Shown: positions 18,512 to 28,194, numbered from the stretch's first letter. The stretch: DNA of 64,000 bases from an archaeon (GCA_038046645.1 JBBSVU010000016.1:652-64651), one strand, 5' to 3'. Notes: a model not told the origin generated them from the sequence alone. Made by a program: numbers and translations.

Positions 18512-19762
18512 ATGAAAGATTACAATGTAAAGGATATGAAGTTAGCAGATCAGGGTTTAATGAATATTGAATATGCAGAATCGCAGATGGGTGCATTATT
18601 GCAAGTGCAAGAACGTTTTAAAAAAGAAAAGCCATTTAATGGGATGAAAATCGGGATGGCTTTGCATGTTACAAAAGAAACTGCTGTTTTAGTAAAAGCC
18701 CTTATTGCAGGAGGGGCAAAGGTTGCCATAACTGGTTGTAATCCTTTATCAACACAAGATGATGTCGCAGCTGCGCTCGCAAAGCTCGGGGTAAATGTTT
18801 ATGCCTGGAAAGGGGAATCTACCAAAGAATATTATGAAAATTTAAATGCTGTCCTTGATTTTGAGCCGAATGCAACAATTGATGATGGCTGCGATTTAGT
18901 TACGGAAATCCACCTTAAAAGGCCGCAATTGATTAAGGATATTGTTGTCGGGACAGAAGAAACTACAACCGGAGTAATAAGATTAAGGGCAATGGAAAAA
19001 GACCATGCTTTGAAATATCCAGTTGTTGCTGTCAATGACAATAAAACAAAGCATTTAGTAGATAACTTCTACGGAACTGGACAGAGTACTATTGATGGTT
19101 TATTAAGGGCAAGCAATACTCTTTTTGCAGGCAAGAATTTTGTTGTCTGTGGCTATGGTGATTGTGGCAAGGGATTAGCGCAAAGGGCAAAAGGCATGTC
19201 CTCAAATGTTATTGTCTGTGAGGCAGATTCTTTCAGGGCATTGCAGGCTTCTTTAGACGGTTTTAGGGTAATGCCTATTTTAGAAGCTGCTGAATTAGGT
19301 GATATTTTTATCACAGTTACAGGAAATAAAAATGTCATTCGCTGGGAGCATATGAAAAAAATGAAATCCGGTACAATTTTGGCAAATTCCGGTCATTTCG
19401 ATGCAGAGATTGATGTTAAAGCATTGAAAGATAATGCAAAATCCTGCAGAAGAATTAGGCCTCAGTTTGATGAATATGTTTTGCCAAACGGAAATAAAAT
19501 ATTCCTTGCAGGAGAAGGCCGCTTAGTGAATTTAGCTGTAGCAGAAGGCCATCCTTCAACAGTCATGTCTTTAAGTTTCTGCGGTCAGGCTTTAGCTGTT
19601 GAATACGGTGTGAAAAATAAATTAACACCAGCAGTTCACACATTGCCATTATCAGTTGATGATATGATTTCTGATTTGCAATTAAAAGTAATGGGAATTA
19701 GAAAAGATGTTTTGACTGAAGAGCAGAAAAAATATTTAGGTTCATGGAAGGAAGGGACATAA
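18512..19762 (+). CDS. ahcY: Adenosylhomocysteinase
   Basis: 'MKDYNVKDMKLADQGLMNIEYAESQMGALL', NAD site 'VCGYGDCGKG', and 'GHFDAEID'. The track ORF starts 27 nt earlier. Confidence 0.9.
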   Translation: MKDYNVKDMKLADQGLMNIEYAESQMGALLQVQERFKKEKPFNGMKIGMALHVTKETAVLVKALIAGGAKVAITGCNPLSTQDDVAAALAKLGVNVYAWKGESTKEYYENLNAVLDFEPNATIDDGCDLVTEIHLKRPQLIKDIVVGTEETTTGVIRLRAMEKDHALKYPVVAVNDNKTKHLVDNFYGTGQSTIDGLLRASNTLFAGKNFVVCGYGDCGKGLAQRAKGMSSNVIVCEADSFRALQASLDGFRVMPILEAAELGDIFITVTGNKNVIRWEHMKKMKSGTILANSGHFDAEIDVKALKDNAKSCRRIRPQFDEYVLPNGNKIFLAGEGRLVNLAVAEGHPSTVMSLSFCGQALAVEYGVKNKLTPAVHTLPLSVDDMISDLQLKVMGIRKDVLTEEQKKYLGSWKEGT

Positions 19763-19844
19763 GCCCTTTCTTTTATTTTTTCCTTCATTTTAGGGTAAAG
19801 TGTTAATTCTTTTTATCTGTTTCCGGATAACGTGCCAATTCTTT

Positions 19845-20387
19845 TTATTTATTTTCCCTATTTAACCTTGCCTTTTCTTTCCTTAACCATTCTTCAAATC
19901 TTTCATCATCCTTTATTATTTCTTCAAGAATTCCACTTACTATTTCATAATGTTTTTTGTTTTTCCCATCAAGCCTGAAATAAAGAGGCCCTTGCGAACT
20001 GGTTGAACCGCCAGAGCCAACCTTTAATATTAGGCTTATTGGCTTTGGATTTTCCAGAAAAGCACTCATTGCTTCTTTCGGTTTCAGGTATTCCGGATGT
20101 TTCTCAAGGTTTTTTATTGGCAAGCATACCTGGACAGAATCAGTTGCCCTCACATTTAGGAATCTTTTTAGCCCAGCATTCCTGCTTATGCCCACATTCC
20201 ATTTTTTATTAGACCTTTCATAATGCCCAGCATATTTTATTGGGCAATTGTAATGCATGTGCATATCTTGGGGCGATGCACCAAACCTGTTTCTCTTGAG
20301 TATCTGCCATACAATGCTCCTCTGAGCAGGCCCATGGTCTGCTTTCCGTCTTTCCCTTTTCATTCTAAATGGTTTTTTTGTAGGCAT
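19845..20387 (-). CDS. Hypothetical protein, paralogue A (basic N-terminus)
   Basis: Shares 'MPT.KKP..KRERRK..GP..RS', 'LNVR.TD.V.VC.PI.N..K.P.YL' and 'FRLDG' with 20445..20927. Confidence 0.55.
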   Translation of the reverse strand: MPTKKPFRMKRERRKADHGPAQRSIVWQILKRNRFGASPQDMHMHYNCPIKYAGHYERSNKKWNVGISRNAGLKRFLNVRATDSVQVCLPIKNLEKHPEYLKPKEAMSAFLENPKPISLILKVGSGGSTSSQGPLYFRLDGKNKKHYEIVSGILEEIIKDDERFEEWLRKEKARLNRENK

Positions 20388-20444
20388 ATCTGAACATAGA
20401 ATATTGTGTTCAATTAGAAATAAAAATAGAAGGGATTATATTAT

Positions 20445-20927
20445 TCACGTTTTTTTCATATCCCTTTGCGCTAATGTTTCAAGCACTTTGCCCACTATTT
20501 CAGGGTGCTTTGCCCCATCCAACCTAAAGAAAAGCGTTCCAAAAAAATCATTGCCCGGAACCTTTACAAGCAGGGTTATTTCTTCTTTATTTTCCCTAAA
20601 AATTTCCAAAGCTTTTTCAGACTCTAAATATGCCGGATTCTTTCCAATATTATATATTGGTGAGCATACCTCAACTTTATCAGTTTCCCTTACGTTTAGC
20701 ACTTCTTTTAATTCATCCAACCCTTTGAGATTATATTTGCTTGGCGCTCTCGCAAATATCCCGGAAAAATGTGTTGCACTGCTTTTTTTTGTAAGTACAC
20801 TTTGATATGGTGCGCCAAACCTGGCTTTTTTTGAAAAAAATCTGATAAGTTTGCTTCTTGAATTAGGCCCGTAGTTTACTTTCCTTCTTTCCCTTTTTCT
20901 TGCAACAGGTTTTTTTATAGTAGGCAT
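20445..20927 (-). CDS. Hypothetical protein, paralogue B (basic N-terminus)
   Basis: Tandem paralogue of 19845..20387. No known motif recognised. Confidence 0.55.
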   Translation of the reverse strand: MPTIKKPVARKRERRKVNYGPNSRSKLIRFFSKKARFGAPYQSVLTKKSSATHFSGIFARAPSKYNLKGLDELKEVLNVRETDKVEVCSPIYNIGKNPAYLESEKALEIFRENKEEITLLVKVPGNDFFGTLFFRLDGAKHPEIVGKVLETLAQRDMKKT

Positions 20928-20977
20928 AATAATAGCTATAATCCATAATTAAAAATAAAAAACAGATGGGCGTGCGG

Positions 20978-21205
20978 TTAAATTAATTTTCCAAATTCTT
21001 CTCTTGTTATTTGCAGGTCTTTTTTGATTATTTTGAGCAATAATCCGGGCCCAATTGGTTCATTTCCGTGAATTGGGATTGTGGTTTTTCTTCCATCAGG
21101 ATGCGCAAATCTATGATGGCTTCCATCAATTCGTGTTTGTTCAAAACCAAGCTCTTTCAGGATTTTAATTAACTTACCTGCTTTTATTGCTTTTAATTTG
21201 CTCAC
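20978..21205 (-). CDS. hicA: HicA-family mRNA-interferase toxin
   Basis: 'LIKILKELGFEQTRIDGSHHRFAHPDGRKTTIPIHGNEPIGPGLLLKIIK'. The start codon is GTG (21203-21205). Confidence 0.8.
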   Translation of the reverse strand: MSKLKAIKAGKLIKILKELGFEQTRIDGSHHRFAHPDGRKTTIPIHGNEPIGPGLLLKIIKKDLQITREEFGKLI

Positions 21206-21328
21206 TCATAACGTCTGGCTTGCGGAAGCCATTGCCTTCAGGCAATGGTATCGTATTTTTTCTTGAAACATTAACAGTATTGTTCCGCAAGCCCACGCCT
21301 TTAGGCGTGGGTTCCCAGACGTTATGAC
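21203..21328 (+). repeat. Structured palindromic element E1 (126 nt)
   Basis: 13-bp outer stem 21206-21218/21315-21327. 9-bp inner stem 21219-21227/21283-21291. 8-bp tetraloop hairpins at 21229-21248 and 21292-21311. GC-rich relative to flanks. Confidence 0.65.
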
Positions 21329-21540
21329 TATACCACAATCTTTTGGATTCCAATTAAAGTAGTGTTAGTAATTTCTTCTTTCTCTTTGAGACAAAGCTTG
21401 ATAGCTTCTTTGGTCCTTTTCATTAATTCATCAAGGGTTTTTGCTTGCGTATGGCATCCTTCTAATTCTGGAACATCAGCAATAAGCCAGTTATCTTCAT
21501 CCTTTTCTATTATTACAGTAAATTCTCTTTCCATAAGCAT
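21328..21540 (-). CDS. hicB: HicB-family antitoxin (UPF0150-like)
   Basis: 'FTVIIEKDEDNWLIADVPELEGCHTQAKTLDELMKRTKEAIKLCL'. TAG stop at 21328-21330. Confidence 0.75.
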   Translation of the reverse strand: MLMEREFTVIIEKDEDNWLIADVPELEGCHTQAKTLDELMKRTKEAIKLCLKEKEEITNTTLIGIQKIVV

Positions 21541-21600
21541 CTTCTTGTTTAATTATTATTTTAAACTTATCCAATTATCAAAAATAAAAAATAGATGGGA

Positions 21601-22314
21601 TTATTTGATTGAATCCCACATGACCCTGTCTTTTGGGTTTATTGTTACTCCGCTGCCTGTTATTTCAAACGGATGTATGTACTTTGACTGGTTTGTGCCC
21701 CTCATTTTTTTGACAAAAATGCTCCTGTTTGGCGGGCTGAAGTATAATGCGACAATTCCATCAACAACAAATTCTTCTACTCCCATTGATGAATATTCTG
21801 TTTTCAATCCAGTGGTTTCTGTTGTCAATAATGTAGTACAGTCCAAATCCTTCAATTTGTCCGTAAATCTGTACAACATATTCCTGACCCTTGCCTGCTC
21901 AGGCATCCAGATGGCTAAAGCTGTAATACTATCAATCACTAATCTCTTTGCGCCTATTTCTTCAACAAGTTTGGATATTACCTTTAATTCATCATCTATT
22001 TTTTTCTGCATTTCTTTCGTATCTGAAGTATCACTCAAATTTAACCTATAAATTCGCATCATGTTCTTTTCTTGCAGGCTTCTTATATCCCACCTGAAGC
22101 TTTCCATGTTCCATACAATATTCTTTAGGTTTGTTTCAAGTGTGACAAATAGCCCAGGCTCTTTATTTTCCAAAGCGCCTCGGTATAAATATTGCATTGC
22201 AAAGATTGTTTTTCCTGTTCCCGACCCCCCAGAAACCAAGAAAGAAGACCCTTTTGGAATCCCTCCTTCTACTAGGTCATCCAAGCCAGTAATTCCACTT
22301 TTTACCCTTTCCAT
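21601..22314 (-). CDS. KaiC/RecA-superfamily ATPase (single domain)
   Basis: 'SGITGLDDLVEGGIPKGSSFLVSGGSGTGKTIFAMQYL', and Walker B 'RLVIDSITAL'. Confidence 0.75.
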   Translation of the reverse strand: MERVKSGITGLDDLVEGGIPKGSSFLVSGGSGTGKTIFAMQYLYRGALENKEPGLFVTLETNLKNIVWNMESFRWDIRSLQEKNMMRIYRLNLSDTSDTKEMQKKIDDELKVISKLVEEIGAKRLVIDSITALAIWMPEQARVRNMLYRFTDKLKDLDCTTLLTTETTGLKTEYSSMGVEEFVVDGIVALYFSPPNRSIFVKKMRGTNQSKYIHPFEITGSGVTINPKDRVMWDSIK

Positions 22315-22460
22315 TAAATCACCTAATCCTTGTTAAAGAAATGATTATATTAATATAAATTTACTTTATATAATTCTTTCTCTTGCCAGGGCATGCTTAT
22401 TTTTAGCTATCTTGCGATAATGTTTAATTCATATATTGTTCTGCCATTATTATTTATTTG

Positions 22461-22483
22461 GCATAAAGCAACTTGCTTTATGC
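22461..22483. promoter_or_regulatory. 10-bp perfect inverted repeat upstream of metF
   Basis: gcataaagca-act-tgctttatgc, about 100 nt upstream of the metF ATG. Confidence 0.3.
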
Positions 22484-22585
22484 TTAAATTTAGCTTAATT
22501 TTAATATTCCTATATGAATAATCTATTCAGTAAAATATTAATATGGGAATATTGAATATATTTAGGCAAGAGCTAAGCAGAATTT

Positions 22586-23581
22586 ATGGAGTTTAACGAT
22601 ATTATGCGATTGTTTGATTTGCGCGGAAAAAAGATAACTGACATACTGGCTGAAAATAAATTCACGCTTTCAGTTGAAATTGTGCCATTAAGGAATGGCA
22701 AGAGTTATAGTGAAATTTTATCTGCAATTGAAAAGCTTTCCGAGTTAGGCGTAGATTTTGCTAGTGTGACTAAGGGGGCTGGCGGCGGTTTAAGAGGGGG
22801 TTCTTTGCCTTTGAGTTATTTTATTACGCAAAGATTCGGGATTAATTCAATAGCTCATTTCACCTGCATGGAAAGGACAAAAGAGCAGATTGAAACAGAA
22901 TTGGTTGATTACCACCTTTTTGGCATAAAGAATATTTTAGCATTGAGAGGGGATCCACCAGTGGGTATAAATAACTCTAACCTAAAATCAGATTATGATT
23001 ATGCTTGGCAGCTTGTTAGGCAGATAAATTCCATGAATAATGGAATCTATCTTAAGAGGGCTGAAACAGAAACTGGCGCAGGGGAAAAAACTGATTTTTG
23101 TATTGGGGTAGCAGCCTATCCTTCAGCACCTGATATTGATAAACAAATAGGGTATTTGGCAAAAAAGGTTGATGAAGGCGCAGAATATGCCCTAACCCAA
23201 ATGATTTTTGACAGTTCTGTTTATTTTAATTATTTGGACAAGTGTAAAGATTCTGGAATAAACATCCCAATAATTCCAGGAATAAGGCCAATAGTGAATA
23301 AGGCGCAATGCGAATTCAGTGAAAAATTCTTTGGTTTAAAGGTGCCTAATGAGCTTAAGACTGCTGTTTCTGTCAATGACCCGGCAATTGCAAGGGAGCA
23401 TGGTTTGAAATATGCAATAGACTTATGTGATGAATTGAAAAAAAATGGAGCCCCAGGCATGCATTTATTTGTGATAAATGACATTAATGCAGCATGTGAA
23501 ATAGTAAATTCGATGAAAAAAAAGGAAAAAAATTCGCAATTTTGCAGGGATTTTTATAGTAATCCCCCTAAAATAAATTAA
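22586..23581 (+). CDS. metF: Methylenetetrahydrofolate reductase
   Basis: 'LSVEIVPLRNG', 'FASVTKGAGGGLRGGS', 'ALRGDPP', and 'YALTQMIFD'. Confidence 0.85.
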   Translation: MEFNDIMRLFDLRGKKITDILAENKFTLSVEIVPLRNGKSYSEILSAIEKLSELGVDFASVTKGAGGGLRGGSLPLSYFITQRFGINSIAHFTCMERTKEQIETELVDYHLFGIKNILALRGDPPVGINNSNLKSDYDYAWQLVRQINSMNNGIYLKRAETETGAGEKTDFCIGVAAYPSAPDIDKQIGYLAKKVDEGAEYALTQMIFDSSVYFNYLDKCKDSGINIPIIPGIRPIVNKAQCEFSEKFFGLKVPNELKTAVSVNDPAIAREHGLKYAIDLCDELKKNGAPGMHLFVINDINAACEIVNSMKKKEKNSQFCRDFYSNPPKIN

Positions 23582-23606
23582 TAACCTGTTCTTCAAATAT
23601 TTTTCT

Positions 23607-24185
23607 ATGACCAAATTGCCCAATTTTAAAATAACTGTTTCCACAAGTGAAATTCTAAAACAATTGCGCGATGAAAAACCAGATGAAAGGACAAAAAGAA
23701 TGATTGCCAGTTTGATAAATAAAAGCAAAGCCCTAATTAATCCTAAAGCAATTGTTAAAGAATTCAAGATAACCAGAAAAGGGAAAGATTCTGTTGAAAT
23801 AGGCAAAAAATTAAAAATAAAAAGCAGCAATGTTGCATTCTTGCTTAAGGATTGTGAAACTGTAACTTTTTTTGCCTGCACGCTTTCCTCAGATTTCCAG
23901 GAAAAATCCGAAAATCTTTTAGTTTCCATAGTTGTTGACGCTATTGGCTCAGTTGCTGTTGAGAAACTTGCTGAAAGGGTAAACAAAGTAATTTTTGAAA
24001 AGGCAAAGAAAAAAGGCTTTAAAATCACCCAAAGGTACAGTTGTGGGTTTGCAGACTGGTCTCTGGATGACCAGCCAAAGATATTGAAAATGCTTGATGC
24101 TTCAAAGATTGGATTGAAGGTGAATAAGGCAAATATCTTGATTCCGAGAAAGTCAATTACTGCAATAATCGGGTGGCATAAGTGA
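23607..24185 (+). CDS. Stand-alone methionine-synthase activation-domain-like protein
   Basis: C-terminal 'RYSCGFADWSLDDQPKILKMLDASKIGLKVNKANILIPRKSITAIIGW' resembles the MetH reactivation domain. Overlaps the metH start by 4 nt. Confidence 0.65.
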   Translation: MTKLPNFKITVSTSEILKQLRDEKPDERTKRMIASLINKSKALINPKAIVKEFKITRKGKDSVEIGKKLKIKSSNVAFLLKDCETVTFFACTLSSDFQEKSENLLVSIVVDAIGSVAVEKLAERVNKVIFEKAKKKGFKITQRYSCGFADWSLDDQPKILKMLDASKIGLKVNKANILIPRKSITAIIGWHK

Positions 24186-26518
24186 ATATCCTAAAGGAAA
24201 TGCAGAATAGAATCCTTATTTTGGACGGGGCAATGGGCACAATGATTAGCTCATTAGGCTATGCTGAACCTTTGAATGAATTGCTTAACCTGAAAAAGCC
24301 CGAGGTTATAGAAAGCATACATAAAGCATATTTGGATGCAGGCGCAGACATAATTGAAACAAATACATTTTCCGCCAACCGAATAAAGCTTTCTGAATTC
24401 AATTTGCAGGATAAAATAAAAGAAATAAATGAAAGCGCTGTTGAGATTGCAAGGAAAGCTGCAAAATCAAAAGCTTTTGTTGCTGCAGATATTTCCTTTT
24501 CAGGGAAATATATTGAGCCATTAGGCAATCTGACCTTTGACCAAGCATATGAAAATTATGCTGAACAAATCAGCTATTTGAAAAAGGCGGATTTGCTTTT
24601 GATTGAAACCCTTATGGATATCAAGGATTTGAAAACTTCATTGATAGCTGCACAGCATAATTGGAAAAAGCCGATATTCTGTTCAATGACCTTTGATAAT
24701 GATAGAACTTCTACCGGGACTGATATTAAGAGTTATTTAACGGTTGCAGAATCTTTTGATGTTGACGCTGTTGGTGTTAATTGTGGAGATCCAAAATTGC
24801 TTATTAAGATTGTGGAGAAGATGTGCAAGAATACAAACAAGCCTGTTTTAGTTTATCCTAATGCAGGCATCCCAAAATTGTTAAACGGAAAAACAGTTTT
24901 CAATGTCAAGCCAAGAGGAATGGTTCCCTATGCCAAAAAATTTGCTTCATTTGGTGCCAACATTATTGGCGGATGTTGCGGCACTACGCCTTTACACATA
25001 AAAGAGATTGCAAATGCAGTCAAGCAGCTTAAACCCAAAAAAAGAGATAATGAAATAGCTTCAAGGGTTTGCTCTGCAAGCAGGACAGTAGAATTTGACA
25101 AGAAAATAATTATTGGCGAGAGCATTAACCCTACAAATAAAAAAGATTTGGAAAAAGAGATTGAGGAAGGCAAGACTTCTTTAATAAAAACTATTGCATT
25201 AAGCGAAAAAAAGGTAGGTGCAGATATTCTTGACGTGAATGTTTGCACCCCTATGGGCAACGAAGAAAGCATGCTGCAAAAGGCAGTTCTTGATATTCAA
25301 TCAGCTGTTGATTTACCTCTTTGCCTGGATTCCAAAAACATAAATGCATTGGAAAATGCACTCAAAATGTGCAGCGGAAAGCCAATAATTAATTCTGTTG
25401 ATGGTGAAAAAAAGCACCTAGAAAGCATATTACTCTTGGCAAAGCGCTATGGTGCATCAGTTATTGCCCTGACCCTTGACAATAAAGGAATACCTAAAAC
25501 TGCAAATGAAAGATTAAAAATCGCAAAAAGGATTTTGGGCGAAGCAAAAAAAATCGGTTTAAGCAGCAATGATATTTTATTCGATACCTTAACAATTACT
25601 CTTGCAGTTGATGAAAATAATGCGAAAATTACTTTGGATGCACTGAAAAAAGTAAAAAAATTAGGGCTAAATACAGTCCTTGGCGTTAGCAATATCTCCC
25701 ATGGATTGCCAAATAGAAGGCAGATTAATTTTTCATTTTTGGTTGATGCATTGAATGCAGGGTTGGATGCCGCTATCTTGAATCCTTTTGACAGTGTAAT
25801 GGTTGAAGCAATGCATGATGTCAAAAGGTTCAGCGATAAAAAATCCATTGAAAAGTATATGCGGGCATTCAAGGAGAAAAAAACATTAAATAAAAAGCAG
25901 CCGATTAAGGAACAATTGAAGCAGGCAATTATTGACGGCCTGGATGACAGCATTGAATCATTGGTGCAAAAAGCCTTGGGAGAATTTTCCCCGCTTGAAA
26001 TAAATAATTACCTGATTGAAGGCATGGAAGTTGTCGGTAAAAGATTCAAGGACAAGAAAATATTTTTGCCAAGTGTTTTAATTTCTGCATCTGCAATGAA
26101 AAAAGCAACAAATTTCCTGAAGAAAAAAATTGGAAAGAAACAGGATAACAAATCAAAGATTGTTTTTGCCACTGTGAAAAATGACATACATGATTTGGGG
26201 AAAAATATTGTAATAACACTTTTGGAAAGCCATGGTTTTAATGTGATTGACTTGGGTGCGGATGTTTCAGAAAAAAAGATAGTTGAGGCAGCAATCAGGG
26301 AAAATGCAGGCATGGTTTGTTTAAGCGCTTTAATGACCACAACAATGGTTGAAATGCCGAAAGTGATTGCAGCATTAAGGAATGCAAATTTTAACAAGCC
26401 AATATTGATTGGCGGAGCAATTGTAAACCAGAAATTTGCCGAGCAATGCAACGCCTATTATGCCAGAAATGCGGTAGAAGGCGTTGATAAAATAAAGGGA
26501 ATTTTAGCTAGGAAATAG
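24182..26518 (+). CDS. metH: Cobalamin-dependent methionine synthase lacking the activation domain
   Basis: Hcy domain 'ILDGAMGT' and 'GGCCGTTP'; a pterin-binding middle domain; B12 motif 'DIHDLGKNIV', 'SALMTTT', 'GGA'. GTG start at 24182, with an alternative ATG at 24200. Confidence 0.9.
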   Translation: MNILKEMQNRILILDGAMGTMISSLGYAEPLNELLNLKKPEVIESIHKAYLDAGADIIETNTFSANRIKLSEFNLQDKIKEINESAVEIARKAAKSKAFVAADISFSGKYIEPLGNLTFDQAYENYAEQISYLKKADLLLIETLMDIKDLKTSLIAAQHNWKKPIFCSMTFDNDRTSTGTDIKSYLTVAESFDVDAVGVNCGDPKLLIKIVEKMCKNTNKPVLVYPNAGIPKLLNGKTVFNVKPRGMVPYAKKFASFGANIIGGCCGTTPLHIKEIANAVKQLKPKKRDNEIASRVCSASRTVEFDKKIIIGESINPTNKKDLEKEIEEGKTSLIKTIALSEKKVGADILDVNVCTPMGNEESMLQKAVLDIQSAVDLPLCLDSKNINALENALKMCSGKPIINSVDGEKKHLESILLLAKRYGASVIALTLDNKGIPKTANERLKIAKRILGEAKKIGLSSNDILFDTLTITLAVDENNAKITLDALKKVKKLGLNTVLGVSNISHGLPNRRQINFSFLVDALNAGLDAAILNPFDSVMVEAMHDVKRFSDKKSIEKYMRAFKEKKTLNKKQPIKEQLKQAIIDGLDDSIESLVQKALGEFSPLEINNYLIEGMEVVGKRFKDKKIFLPSVLISASAMKKATNFLKKKIGKKQDNKSKIVFATVKNDIHDLGKNIVITLLESHGFNVIDLGADVSEKKIVEAAIRENAGMVCLSALMTTTMVEMPKVIAALRNANFNKPILIGGAIVNQKFAEQCNAYYARNAVEGVDKIKGILARK

Positions 26519-26687
26519 CTAATTTTGCCTTTTTTGGCCTAATTTATTAATTCAACAAACGGAAAAGCTTTGGCGCAACGCTTAAATAGTTCTTTTTGTA
26601 TTTATTCTATTGCCTTATGGCACTGGCAATGGTGGTTAGGGACATCATTTGCTGAAGATTTGCCATGCAAAGTTCCACTGTGAGTTT

Positions 26688-27401
26688 ATGGAAGAAGAAA
26701 TTGTAGATGAAATCCAAATAAATAAGGAAGACGACTTAGTTGATTTAATCTACATGCCAGCATGGAAGATGATTCTAATAGATGTAATAAAAAATGAGAA
26801 ATTTGACATCTGGAATATCGATATTTCACTTTTGGCTGAGAAATATCTGACTAGAATAAGGGCTTTGCAGGATTCAAACCTAAGGATTCCGGCAAATGCA
26901 ATCCTTGCTTCTGCATTGCTTTTGCGCTTCAAGAGCAAAACAATAAAAATTTCTTCGATTGAAGAGGAAGATGAGGATCTGCTTGCACAGCAGCAAGCTA
27001 ACCTGTATCAGTTTGACGGTTTTATTCCTGAATTAACATCAACAGGAAAGATGAGGACCGGCAATATTTCACTTGATGAATTGGTGACATCAATTGAAGA
27101 AGTCCTTGAAAAAACCTCGAGGCGTGCAATGAAAGTTCCTGTTGATAAGCCAGAATTTTTATTAAATTTAGGGTCTGTTGACTGGGACAAGAAAATGGAT
27201 GAGGTTTTGGCATTAATCCTGCAGAATGTTGATTCCCAAGGCATGGTCTTATTTTCTTCATTGGCAAATGCTGAAAATGTTGACCATCTGATTGAAACAT
27301 TTATGTCATTGCTTTTCTTGGCAAACAAAAAGAAGATTTCATTATTCCAAGAAGAATTTTTCGGCGAAATTTTTATTAATGTCTTGCAGCAGGCAAGCTG
27401 A
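26688..27401 (+). CDS. scpA: Segregation and condensation protein A (kleisin)
   Basis: 'FDIWNIDISLLAEKYLTRI' and 'NLRIPANAILASALLL'. The track ORF begins at 26649; ATG 26688 is more plausible. Confidence 0.7.
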   Translation: MEEEIVDEIQINKEDDLVDLIYMPAWKMILIDVIKNEKFDIWNIDISLLAEKYLTRIRALQDSNLRIPANAILASALLLRFKSKTIKISSIEEEDEDLLAQQQANLYQFDGFIPELTSTGKMRTGNISLDELVTSIEEVLEKTSRRAMKVPVDKPEFLLNLGSVDWDKKMDEVLALILQNVDSQGMVLFSSLANAENVDHLIETFMSLLFLANKKKISLFQEEFFGEIFINVLQQAS

Positions 27402-27454
27402 TTAAAAAATAGCAGGCATTTTCCCAACAAGTTATTCGCAAATGTTGTGCTTGT

Positions 27455-28117
27455 TTAATCATACTTTATTGCAATTGCCTGGATAACATCTGCGATTTCC
27501 TTTCCTTTGTCGAAAACATCTTCTAATTCTTCATGCAAATCCTTGTATTTTATCAAATCAGTTGCCTTCAATTTTTCATCCCTGAATAGGGCTGAGATAG
27601 CTTCTTCATATAAGGAATCGCCCTTGTTCTCAATTAGATATAAGTGCTCGCACAGCCTTTTTGCCTCAGGCAATTTTCTTAAATTATTCATTATTGAATG
27701 TATTTTCTTGGCAAGCTCATAAGCTAATTCTGCTTGCCTGATCATTAATGGGTTAACGTTTTCAATCCTGTACATTTCCATTTTTCTTGATGTGCCATCC
27801 ATTAAGTCAAGGATATCATCCATATACACAGTCAAATGGTGTATATCTTCCCTGTCAAACGGCGTTACCAGTTTTTTATTCAGCAGTTCAATAATCTCGT
27901 ATGTTTGCGTATCCCCTTTATCCTCTGCCTTTTTTATTTTTTCAATAATCAGCATTCGTTTCTGCTCATCTAAGGAATTATATTCCTTTAAAAAATTAGA
28001 AAATTCTTCTGCAGCCCCAAGGACTATTTCGCTTTGCTTGCTTAACATATCAAAAAATTTTGCCTCTTTTGGCATAAAAAAATTTATTATCTTGCGCATG
28101 ATTATTTTGCACCTCAA
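27455..28117 (-). CDS. DUF47/PhoU-like protein
   Basis: 'PKEAKFFDMLSKQSEIVLGAAEEF' and a helical-repeat layout. The true start may be an internal Met (28099 or 28075). Confidence 0.6.
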   Translation of the reverse strand: MRCKIIMRKIINFFMPKEAKFFDMLSKQSEIVLGAAEEFSNFLKEYNSLDEQKRMLIIEKIKKAEDKGDTQTYEIIELLNKKLVTPFDREDIHHLTVYMDDILDLMDGTSRKMEMYRIENVNPLMIRQAELAYELAKKIHSIMNNLRKLPEAKRLCEHLYLIENKGDSLYEEAISALFRDEKLKATDLIKYKDLHEELEDVFDKGKEIADVIQAIAIKYD

Positions 28118-28194
28118 AAGGTTTATAAATATTAAATTGCTGTTGAACCGCCCTGTGCTTTTGAAACTTTTTTATAAGGGAGATTTTTTATAGT

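Noticed and set aside
26560-26650. Slightly GC-richer intergenic stretch before scpA, checked for a tRNA or small RNA
   Set aside because: Only a 5-6 bp inverted repeat (tggcaa/ttgcca) is present, with no cloverleaf or extended stems. Part of the stretch may belong to the scpA 5' region.
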